Source of the DNA: Candidatus Multivoradales bacterium | Lineage (GTDB): Bacteria > Acidobacteriota > Thermoanaerobaculia > Multivoradales > J023 | Direction: 5' to 3' | Length of the DNA stretch: 64,000 bases | Assembly: GCA_965248925.1 (NCBI GenBank) | Contig: CBDFLE010000005.1 | Coordinates: 64,001 to 128,000, forward strand | In this document: piece after piece, positions 34,585 to 42,934 of the stretch | Layout of the letters: the number at the start of each line of letters is the position of its first letter | Position numbering within the stretch: position 1 is the stretch's first letter | Notes under the pieces: generated by a model | What the model was told of the DNA's origin: nothing | What the model saw: only the letters and a program-made list of their open reading frames with translations | Databases searched by the model: none | Made by a program: the position numbers and the translations under genes

Positions 34585-35262
34585 ATGAGCGCTTCAGAGG
34601 CCGCCGCCCATCATTTTGTGCTTTCGGTGTGCCACCGGGTGGTGGATCCGCAGACCACCGCCTCGTGGCTGGTCTCCGAGCTTGATTTCTGGTCAGGTGA
34701 GGTGTTTCCGGACGGAGCGGTGGTGGAGAATGGAGCGCTGAGTCTCCGGCTGCTGCTGTGCGCAGACCGCGCTGAGAGTGTCCGGCCGCTGCGGCTGGAA
34801 GTGGTCTGCCGCGATTTGGCGGCTTCGTCTCACCGCCTGACCTCTTTCCCCGGAGTGGCCTCATTGGCGGCCGCGCGACAAGTGAGCAGCAACCGCTTGG
34901 AGCAACGACTGAAGACCCCTTTCGGCATCGAACTGGTGTTGGCCAGAACTCTGGATGAGGACGAGCTGGGTATCAAACCGCCGCTCGAGAAGAATATTCT
35001 GTGGCGAGAAGCGGCTGAGGAGCTGGTGCGGGAAACCATGCGCTGCGTACCGTTGGCTTTCCGCGCAGATGCTCGTGCCAAGGCTATCGCTCGGGCAGAG
35101 TATCTGGCCGGCTTGGAGGGCAGTATCGAAGTCGAAGCGGAGCAGGCGATTCGGGCGCTGATCGAAACCACTCCTGAGTTCAAGCGGGATGACCTACAGC
35201 GGTCGCTCATCAGTCAGGGAGTAGATTTACGGTCGTTGACCATGGTTTTGCCGAAGACATGA
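34585..35262 (+). CDS. Paralog of the preceding gene: degenerate VOC + DUF2621-like domain
   Basis: Shares L.EDEL, W...A..L, VP.AFRA.AR, AEYLAG and AIR....TP with 33891-34529. RBS GGAGG. Confidence 0.65.
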   Translation: MSASEAAAHHFVLSVCHRVVDPQTTASWLVSELDFWSGEVFPDGAVVENGALSLRLLLCADRAESVRPLRLEVVCRDLAASSHRLTSFPGVASLAAARQVSSNRLEQRLKTPFGIELVLARTLDEDELGIKPPLEKNILWREAAEELVRETMRCVPLAFRADARAKAIARAEYLAGLEGSIEVEAEQAIRALIETTPEFKRDDLQRSLISQGVDLRSLTMVLPKT

Positions 35263-36812
35263 ATTTGCTTTCAGAGCTGTTCGCTCGCCTCCGTCGGTTG
35301 CTGCAGCTAGCCCGTCTTGGGCTGGGTTTTCTGCGCTTGAAGCGGGCCCGCGATGCGGATTCACGGCGCCGTGCCAGGGAAGTGTTGGCAGCACTGATGG
35401 CCGGTGCTCGAGGACTCTCCGCCAAGATCGGTCAAACGATGGCGACCGGCCACAGCGAAGATCCCTTTGCCGAACTGAGCAATCGTCTTCCGGCTCTACC
35501 GTTGAGTGAGATCTTGCCCCATCTGGAGCGCGCTTTGGGAGCGCCAGCGGAGCGTTTTTTTGCCGAACTTGAGCCGGCTCGCGCCGCTGCTTCGATCGGC
35601 CAAGTTCATCGGGCCGTGTTGTTCGACGGGCAAACCGTGGCGGTCAAGATCCAATATCCCGGTATCGATGTCGCTATCGATGTCGAGTTGGGGTTGGCTG
35701 GACTAGCTCCGGCGGGTGGGCCGATCAAGACCTGGGGTTTCGATCTACAAAGCTACAAGTTGCTGCTGCGGCAGAACCTGAGTCGCGAACTCGACTATCT
35801 TGGCGAAGCGCAGCGCCAGCACGACTTTGGACAACAGGTGCAGGTCGATGGATTGCGAGTGCCGCGGGTTTATGGCGAATTCTGCCGCAAGCAGGTTCTG
35901 GTGCAGTCCTGGGCAGACGGGGTCGGGATCCAAGAGGCGGCTAGTTGGCCTCTACGAGATCGCCTATTGGCCGGCAAGACTCTGCTCGAGACCTTCTTTG
36001 TCAGTTTGTTCGAAGTGGGTTTGATCCATGCCGACCCGCACCCGGGGAACATTCTCTTCAAGCGCCACCAGAAGCAACCGCCTAGCGTTACTTTGCTCGA
36101 CTACGGTTGCATGATAGAACTCACTCGGACTCATCGGCTGGCCTTGCTCCGGATGCTCTTCGGGCTGCGCGACCGGCAGGTAGGGGTTGGGCTGCAAAGC
36201 CTCTGTGCTCTGGGATTCGACGGTCGCCGCTTGGCTCCGATCCACCAACGCCTGGATCTGCTATGTGGGCTGCTGCTGGAGCCGCTGCTCGTCGAGCGGC
36301 CCTTTGATCTTGCTGGTTGGCGCTGTGGCGAGCGCAGCGCGGAACTGCTCGGTGAGCTGCGCTGGTGGTTTCGGTCGGCCGCGCCGGCCGATTTTCTCCT
36401 GCTGGTGCGAGCTTTTTTCGGTCTGTCGACGCAGTTGCAGAAGCTCGGCGTGACTTTGCCTTGGTGGCCGATTCTCGAACGCTGTCTTGCGCCAAGCCTG
36501 CTCAGTCAGGGTGCGGACTACCGGTTACCGCCGCTGCCGGAGAATCTGGTGATCAATGATGGACCGGCGTCGGCACGTTTTCTCAAAGTGCGGGTGATCA
36601 AGGACCAGCAGGAGGTGGTGGCGCTGACTTTGCCGGCCATTGAGGCCCTAGATTTGCCTTCGCTGGTGCCCGCGGAGATCCGGCGAGCGGTAGAGCGACA
36701 TGGGATTGACTTGGCAGAACTAGTCGAGGAGGTGCGTGAACGGCATTTTGAACCGCAGGACTTGTTTCGGCTGCAATCGGGCTCGAAAGAGTACCGAGTG
36801 TGGATAGAATAA
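35259..36812 (+). CDS. ABC1/UbiB/AarF-family atypical kinase with an extra C-terminal domain
   Basis: KIGQ, AAASIGQVH, VAVKIQYP, ELDY..EA, HADPHPGN and LLDYG motifs. Confidence 0.9.
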   Translation: MNLLSELFARLRRLLQLARLGLGFLRLKRARDADSRRRAREVLAALMAGARGLSAKIGQTMATGHSEDPFAELSNRLPALPLSEILPHLERALGAPAERFFAELEPARAAASIGQVHRAVLFDGQTVAVKIQYPGIDVAIDVELGLAGLAPAGGPIKTWGFDLQSYKLLLRQNLSRELDYLGEAQRQHDFGQQVQVDGLRVPRVYGEFCRKQVLVQSWADGVGIQEAASWPLRDRLLAGKTLLETFFVSLFEVGLIHADPHPGNILFKRHQKQPPSVTLLDYGCMIELTRTHRLALLRMLFGLRDRQVGVGLQSLCALGFDGRRLAPIHQRLDLLCGLLLEPLLVERPFDLAGWRCGERSAELLGELRWWFRSAAPADFLLLVRAFFGLSTQLQKLGVTLPWWPILERCLAPSLLSQGADYRLPPLPENLVINDGPASARFLKVRVIKDQQEVVALTLPAIEALDLPSLVPAEIRRAVERHGIDLAELVEEVRERHFEPQDLFRLQSGSKEYRVWIE

Positions 36813-36868
36813 CCTCTTCAGAGTCCCTTTGGGCAGCGGGAAGTTGCCCCGATTCTCCCTGAGTCTTT

Positions 36869-38338
36869 ATGAAGACAATCCTCATTGCCGATGATGATCC
36901 GCTGGTTCTGGAGTTGATCGAGGAAGTTTTGACCGGCGCTGGATATGCGGTCATCACCACCACCGAGCCCGCCGATTTGGGCGCCTTGCTAGACGAAAAC
37001 CAGGTGGATGCCATCATCCTCGATGTCGTCATGCCCAAGGTTTCAGGCTTCGATCTGCTGCGGGAGGTGCGCTCGCAGGAACGCTGGCGGGCCCTGCCGA
37101 TACTCTTGCTCTCCGCCAACACCGATTCTGAGCGGCGAGTCAGAGGTTTTCGCGGGGGCGCCGACGATTTTATGGCCAAACCATTCGATGGCTATGAGCT
37201 TCTTTCCCGCCTCGAGAGATTGGTGCCGAGAGAAAGCGCCAGCCCGGCTCTCGCCGGTGATTTAAGTGGCTTCTCTATTCCCGAGCTGCTGCAGAACCTA
37301 CAGCGCAATCATCAAACCGGGTGCCTCTACCTCAGTGAATTGCCGGCGGAGGCGCTGGTCGAGTTTGCCGATGGTGGCATCGTGCGAGCGAGCATGGGGC
37401 AGTTGGGCAGTTACGACAGCTTGCTGGCTCTGGTCGCTAGCTCGGGCGGCAGGTTTCGGTTTCGCGCCGAAGATGTCTTGTCCGCTGGAACCGAGCCGAT
37501 GAAGATAGAGCGCTTGCTGTTGGAGGCAGCTTGGCTAGAAGACGAGCTGGCCAAGAGGCGACAGTGGCTGCCGGACGAGAACCAGGAGCTGTGCCCCACG
37601 GGGCAATCCATGAGTTCTGTCGATGAGCAGCTCAGCGAGCTGCCGCTGACCGACGTCTTACAGAGGCTCGAGAGTTTGTCGTCGGTCACGATGGCCGCTC
37701 TGGTGGCCGAGGAAATTGCCGCTCCGGTTCGTACGCGACTCGCTTTGGCGCTACTTTTTGAGGGCGGCGCGTTGGTCGCGGGGGCCTCGCCATGCTCCGC
37801 GGCCAAGGCCCCCGTGGAGCTGACCAGTCTAGGCAGATTGATCGAACTAGCAGCGGCCCGCGGCTTTGACAGGCCGATTCGGTTGCTGATTCTGGCCCTC
37901 CCTTCCGCCTGGCGCGATGTCACCGATTTCTTGCGCCGAATTCCTGCCGAACTGATGCCCAAGGAGCGACGGAAACTGCTCGACCAGTTGACTGCTCGTG
38001 GTAGCGGGGTGGTGAAGTTGAGTAGCTTGGACGGGGTGATCATGCTGAGTGTGCAGCAGGTGAGGCTCGATCGCCCATTCACTGAGTCTCCTTTGCTGCG
38101 CCTTGCGGCAGGCACCATGCTGTGGCTCGGAGAAGAGAGTCTGAAGGGCGAGTTTGAGGTGATTCTGGAGGGACTTCAGCTGTCGCCGAGCCGGCCGGCC
38201 GGGATTATCTTCGACCCCCGGCAGCGTCTTCAGGATGCGTTTGCTGGCACTATCCAGAGATTTGATCGATGGCGGGTTCTCGATTCCCCGCCAGAGTCAG
38301 TTTGGCAGCTTGAGGAGCTGTTCTTTGGTGCTGATTGA
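36869..38338 (+). CDS. Receiver + DUF4388 + uncharacterised C-terminal alpha/beta domain protein
   Basis: Receiver: ILIADDD, ILDVVMP, LLSA, AKPF. DUF4388: LAGDLSGFSIPELLQ..TGCL..F.DG.IVRA...GRFRF. Confidence 0.82.
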   Translation: MKTILIADDDPLVLELIEEVLTGAGYAVITTTEPADLGALLDENQVDAIILDVVMPKVSGFDLLREVRSQERWRALPILLLSANTDSERRVRGFRGGADDFMAKPFDGYELLSRLERLVPRESASPALAGDLSGFSIPELLQNLQRNHQTGCLYLSELPAEALVEFADGGIVRASMGQLGSYDSLLALVASSGGRFRFRAEDVLSAGTEPMKIERLLLEAAWLEDELAKRRQWLPDENQELCPTGQSMSSVDEQLSELPLTDVLQRLESLSSVTMAALVAEEIAAPVRTRLALALLFEGGALVAGASPCSAAKAPVELTSLGRLIELAAARGFDRPIRLLILALPSAWRDVTDFLRRIPAELMPKERRKLLDQLTARGSGVVKLSSLDGVIMLSVQQVRLDRPFTESPLLRLAAGTMLWLGEESLKGEFEVILEGLQLSPSRPAGIIFDPRQRLQDAFAGTIQRFDRWRVLDSPPESVWQLEELFFGAD

Positions 38339-38561
38339 ACTTGTGAAGAGCGGAGACCAAGCTGCCGATGGTTAGCCCACATTGAACGCCTAATCAACAA
38401 GCCCAACAGTGTGCCGCGGTGGCTTTGTCGCCGGAGCTGCTGTGGAGGTCTTGGCGATGACGGCCTGGGGGCCGTTCCGGCACCCTGCCAGAGATGCTTT
38501 TCAGAAGACGCATCCACCGGTAGCTTCGCCGGCCCATGGGACATATAATCCGCCTCCACAT

Positions 38562-38638
38562 GCGGCTGTAGCTCAGGTGGATAGAGCGGGAGTTTCCTAA
38601 ACTCTAGGTCGGGGGTTCAAGTCCTCCCAGCCGCGCCA
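38562..38638 (+). tRNA. tRNA-Arg(CCT)
   Basis: Acceptor stem GCGGCTG/CAGCCGC, D-loop TAGCTCAGGTGGATAGAGC, anticodon loop TTCCTAA, T-loop GTTCAAG and encoded CCA. TATAAT at 38544. Confidence 0.96.
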
Positions 38639-38753
38639 AGGGTCGGGCTCGGAGGCCCAGTATCCCGGAATCCAGCACGGGACAGCCAAGGACTATTGAC
38701 GTCGGGCCAAGAACCCGACCCGCGGGCCGATGCGTCCGCCGTGAGGACAAGCG

Positions 38754-39488
38754 ATGAGCAAGCGACTGACGCGCAAAGAGATCAAGCACGACATCCGCGA
38801 AGATGAAGTGCGCAACGTGCTTGAGGATATTTTCCTCTGGCTGCAGGATAACACCAGGTTGGCCATCGGCCTGGTGGTGGGGCTAGTGGTCTTGATGCTG
38901 CTCGGCTTTGCCGGCCGCTCGTATTTGACGGCCCAGGGCGATCAGGCGAGCGCTGAACTAGCCGCGGCGATGAAACTGAAATCGGCGCCAATCCTCACCG
39001 AAGGATCAACTCCGGACGACCCGGACGAACCTAGTTTCGCCAGTGAGGAGTTGCGCAGCGCCGCCGCCAAGGCTGCCTTCGAGGCTATCCGCGGCCAAAT
39101 GGGTGCCAGTGTCGCGGGCGATATTGCCGGCCTCTACCTGGCGGACTACGCATTGGCAGAGGGCAATCTCGACAGCGCTCGGCAGAGCTGGGAAGAGTTC
39201 CTCGGCAAGCACCAGGGTCACGCCCTGGCGATGTCGGTGAAGCTCAATTTGATTCGCCTCGACCGCCAGCAAGGGCGCAGCGAAGCATTGGTCGAGGAGC
39301 TGCGTTCGGCGCTCGCCAGCTCGCGACACCTGCTGCCCGAGGACGCCTTACTGTTTGAGCTGGCGCAGACCCTGGAGCAGCTCGACCGCGGCGATGAAGC
39401 GGTGGAGTCCTACCAGCAGATACTCGATGACCATCCCAGCTCGCCCTTCGCTGCCGCGGCGCGCGAGCGTACCTCGTCGGTTTCCTGA
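38754..39488 (+). CDS. YfgM-like TPR membrane protein
   Basis: RLTRKEIK.D, a single TM segment, TPR helices and Y..I...HPSSP. Confidence 0.75.
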   Translation: MSKRLTRKEIKHDIREDEVRNVLEDIFLWLQDNTRLAIGLVVGLVVLMLLGFAGRSYLTAQGDQASAELAAAMKLKSAPILTEGSTPDDPDEPSFASEELRSAAAKAAFEAIRGQMGASVAGDIAGLYLADYALAEGNLDSARQSWEEFLGKHQGHALAMSVKLNLIRLDRQQGRSEALVEELRSALASSRHLLPEDALLFELAQTLEQLDRGDEAVESYQQILDDHPSSPFAAAARERTSSVS

Positions 39489-39503
39489 GCCGGGACATCG
39501 CCG

Positions 39504-40793
39504 ATGGACCCTCAAGCCTTCGCTATTCTCGATCGCAAGCGTCTTGGCCACAGCTTGACTTCGAATGAGATTCAAGCGGTGGTCGATGGGGCCGCCGACG
39601 GCTCCTGGGGCGATGCCGAGCTGGGTGCGTTTCTCACTTCGGCGGCTATTCAGGGTCTCAATGCCGAGGAAACCCGCGCTCTGACCGTCGGCATGCTGGA
39701 GTCCGGTGAACAGTGGGATCTGGCTAGCGAGATCGCCAATCTCGGCGACAAGCATTCCACTGGCGGTGTCGGTGACAAGGTGTCGCTGATCTTGTCGCCT
39801 CTGCTGGCCGCCTGTGGCCGGCCGGTGGTGATGCTCACCGGTCGGGGCCTGGGGCACACCGGCGGCACGGCCGACAAGCTCGAAGCGGTGCCAGGGTTGG
39901 ATTTGGCCCTCGACAAGGTACACTGCCTGAGGTCGATTGAACGCTGTGGCTTTGCCATCGGCATGGCCACTGGCGAGATCGCCCCGGCGGACCGGCGGCT
40001 CTACGCCTTGCGCGATCGCACCGCCACTATCGCCTCGCTACAGTTGATCACCGCCAGCATCTTGTCGAAGAAGTTGGCCACCGGTGCTGGGGCGCTGGTG
40101 TTTGACATCAAGACCGGCGCTGGCGCATTCTTGCCCGAACTTGACCAAGGTCGCCAGCTGGGGCGGCTGCTGGTCGACACCGCTGAGAAGATGGGCCGTC
40201 GTTGCCGGGCGCTGATCACCGACATGAGCCAGCCTCTGGGCTTATGGAGCGGCCACACCGCCGAGGTCCGCGAGACCTTTGCTTGTCTTGAGGGTCGCGG
40301 CGCGGCCGACCTGATGGAAGTTACCTTCGCCCTCTGCGAAGAACTCTCGGAACTCACCGGCGGCCGTCTCGAACGAGCTGAGCTGGAGCAGGCGATCAGC
40401 TCCGGGCGGGCACGCGAGCTGTTTGTGGGTTGGGCTGAGGAGCAGGGAGCCGATAGCAGGTGGTTGGCCCAGCCGAGCTTCGAGCTGGCGCCTCATGAAG
40501 TAGTGATCGAGGCCGTGGCCAGCGGTAGCTTGCGCGAAGTCGCCAACCGCCGCCTAGGCGAGTTGTTGACCGCTGCCGGCGGCGGCCGCTTGGAGCCCGG
40601 TGGGCCGATCGACTTTGGTATCTCTCTGCGGGTGGAGAAGAAGCTCGGTGAGCAAGTGGAGCAGGGTGAGCCGCTGGCGCGCATCTACCTGCGGCGGCGA
40701 GACGAGGCGATTGAAAGTGGCTTCGCGGCTTGTTTCGAGATCGGCCAACCGGTGAGCGCGCCCCGCTGGATAGTAGAGCGGATCACTGTCTGA
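39504..40793 (+). CDS. deoA: Thymidine/pyrimidine-nucleoside phosphorylase
   Basis: DKHSTGGVGDK, GRGLGHTGGT.DKLE, YALRD and SILSKKLA motifs. Confidence 0.92.
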   Translation: MDPQAFAILDRKRLGHSLTSNEIQAVVDGAADGSWGDAELGAFLTSAAIQGLNAEETRALTVGMLESGEQWDLASEIANLGDKHSTGGVGDKVSLILSPLLAACGRPVVMLTGRGLGHTGGTADKLEAVPGLDLALDKVHCLRSIERCGFAIGMATGEIAPADRRLYALRDRTATIASLQLITASILSKKLATGAGALVFDIKTGAGAFLPELDQGRQLGRLLVDTAEKMGRRCRALITDMSQPLGLWSGHTAEVRETFACLEGRGAADLMEVTFALCEELSELTGGRLERAELEQAISSGRARELFVGWAEEQGADSRWLAQPSFELAPHEVVIEAVASGSLREVANRRLGELLTAAGGGRLEPGGPIDFGISLRVEKKLGEQVEQGEPLARIYLRRRDEAIESGFAACFEIGQPVSAPRWIVERITV

Positions 40794-40817
40794 GCTTCTC
40801 AGTGGTCGTTGCCCTAG

Positions 40818-41759
40818 TTAGTCTGCGCCAAGGTCTTCGCTCAAGGCTAGCTGCAGCAGGTCGGCCAAGCGCTGGCCCGCTTTGGCGATTCGCAACTCGG
40901 CGGTCTCGGCGACCATTCGCCGGTAGCTTCTGGGCGGCCGGCGACCGCGTTCTAGAGTGTCCGGGTACACTCTCTGCAGGCAGATCTTCAGACCTTCTTC
41001 GGACCATTCCCGCGGCTGGTCGCTGGTCAGAGCCGCGGCGAGACTCGACCGCGGGTGGCGGCTGGCGATGCGCTGAGCGATCTCCACGACTGAATCGCGC
41101 GGATATTCGCGGCGCAAGACGCTGTCCCAATAGCGGTGAAGGTTGTCGCGTCGGCGCAGCTTGAAGAGGTTGCCACCGCGATCCCCCTCGGGCTCGCTGG
41201 CGGTCACTCGGGCGGTGGTGTGGAGAGGCTGGTGGATATCGCCTACCAGATGCAGCACCCAGGCGAGGGCCTCGCCCCGCTCGGCAGCTGGGTGTGAAAC
41301 ATCAGCCAACTGACTACGCAGCATGGGCAGCTGACTGAGGATGTTCTCGGCCGGCGGATGCAGATCGTCGCGCCGCCGCGGTTCTTGGCCTGGCGGTTGA
41401 TCCCAGAAATGATTGATGTAGTGCCAGCGGCCATGGTGATAGCGCTGGCGGCGCTCGGGGAATCTGTCGTCCCGCATCAAGTCGGGCCACACGCTGGCGT
41501 CAAGAAACCTCTTGCGGGGGCGCTCGGCCGGGATCGCTGCAAGGGACATTTCCGCCAATCCGGCGCTAGCCGGCATAGCTGCCAACAGGGCCGTCGCACG
41601 CTGCTGAGTAGGCGCATCGAGCTCGTCCCAGGCGAGTTGAGCGACCACCCGGTGGCCTACCGCATCCCAGGCGCTCAATGGGCTAGCGACGGTGAGGGTA
41701 CAAAGCAGGTTAGCGACGACGGTGGGCCAGCGCCACCTCACGGCGAATCCGCGTGCCAA
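40818..41759 (-). CDS. Secreted S1/P1 nuclease
   Basis: Signal peptide then WDAVGH, W.D, WHYIN, HLVGDIHQPLH, DRGGN and NLHRYWD motifs. Confidence 0.92.
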   Translation of the reverse strand: MARGFAVRWRWPTVVANLLCTLTVASPLSAWDAVGHRVVAQLAWDELDAPTQQRATALLAAMPASAGLAEMSLAAIPAERPRKRFLDASVWPDLMRDDRFPERRQRYHHGRWHYINHFWDQPPGQEPRRRDDLHPPAENILSQLPMLRSQLADVSHPAAERGEALAWVLHLVGDIHQPLHTTARVTASEPEGDRGGNLFKLRRRDNLHRYWDSVLRREYPRDSVVEIAQRIASRHPRSSLAAALTSDQPREWSEEGLKICLQRVYPDTLERGRRPPRSYRRMVAETAELRIAKAGQRLADLLQLALSEDLGAD

Positions 41760-42829
41760 GGCAGGCTGCTGCCCAGGTCTTTGGCGCCGGGCCAGCGTAG
41801 CTCGACCCGAGCCTCACCGAGCCGCTTGACGATCGGACGCTCGGCGACCGCCGAGGTGAGTACCGCGCGCCGGGCCAACTTGCCCACGGCGCTTAATTCG
41901 GCAACCACCCAAGCGCGGGGCACCGCCTGGCGATAGAGCAGGTAGGTCCGGCCGGCATCGATTTCGAAGCTGGGAGCGACCGTGCCTTTGCCGCCAACGA
42001 TCTCAGGCTGGGACCACTCACCGGCGGCAAACCGCGCGCTGTGCAGCCGGTAGTGGCCGGCGATATAGCCGCTCCAAGCGGCGACCGCGCTGCCGTCCGC
42101 CAAGGCCACCAGGCGTGGGGTGATGTCAGGCACCCGGTCGCCGTTGCCCAAGAGTCGCGGTGGGCTCCACCCCTGACTAGTGCGTCGGCTCCAGACGATC
42201 TCGTCGTCGTTGCCATCGAAGGCACTCCAAAGCAGCAGACACGAACCGTCGGTGAGCTGGGCTGTGGAGAGGGATAGCTGGCTGCCCGGCCCGGCGACGG
42301 CGACGGTCTCCACCGCGCTCCAGGCGTGACCCAGCCAACTCGCTGCCTTGACCGCTAGCTGGCGATCGTTGGCACCCTCGAGCCAAGCCATGCCGTGCAG
42401 GCCCTTGCCGTCGGCTGCCAGCACCGCGGAGCGTAGCTCGGCGGTGTCAATCGGCGGCGTTGGTAGTTCCCAGCTAGTGGTTGCGTCGCCGCGCAGCACT
42501 GTCAAGGTGGGACGCCTCGAGGAGCGATCAATGGCCGTCGCCAACCAGCTGTCGACGGTACCGGCAAAATCACTCAGTTGGGCCTCTGCCGTCAAATCGA
42601 GCAGCTGCTGCTGACCCTTGGCGTTGGCAATCTGGTGCCCCTCAGCCGATCGGGTCCAAAGCCAACTGCCGCCGCGAGCGCTGCGCGCCTCGGCCAGACA
42701 AGCCGTGCTGAGCAGCAAGAAAGCGACTGAGAAAATTGATCCGACAGCCAGTCGTCGCAGGTTCGGCTGCTGATTTCCAGCCGGTGAATGGTAGCTATCG
42801 CGGAGGTTGCCTTGGAAGTTAGTACCCAT
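41738..42829 (-). CDS. Hypothetical exported beta-rich (propeller-like) protein
   Basis: Hydrophobic N-terminal segment and repeated W-containing beta motifs (AW.., WS.P). Start uncertain. Confidence 0.55.
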   Translation of the reverse strand: MGTNFQGNLRDSYHSPAGNQQPNLRRLAVGSIFSVAFLLLSTACLAEARSARGGSWLWTRSAEGHQIANAKGQQQLLDLTAEAQLSDFAGTVDSWLATAIDRSSRRPTLTVLRGDATTSWELPTPPIDTAELRSAVLAADGKGLHGMAWLEGANDRQLAVKAASWLGHAWSAVETVAVAGPGSQLSLSTAQLTDGSCLLLWSAFDGNDDEIVWSRRTSQGWSPPRLLGNGDRVPDITPRLVALADGSAVAAWSGYIAGHYRLHSARFAAGEWSQPEIVGGKGTVAPSFEIDAGRTYLLYRQAVPRAWVVAELSAVGKLARRAVLTSAVAERPIVKRLGEARVELRWPGAKDLGSSLPWHADSP

Positions 42830-42934
42830 CCTGAGATCCTACGTTCGCTGTGGAAAGTCTGTCAAACGATTTGCGTCGATCGAAGAGATGGCATGGAGGT
42901 TGCCGAGACTCCCGTGCGGCCCTATGATCCTGCG

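Noticed and set aside
38562-38638. tRNA-Arg as the integration site (att) of the 26-38 kb cluster
   Set aside because: The cluster lies 5' of the tRNA, has no integrase, and I found no duplicated tRNA fragment at the apt side.
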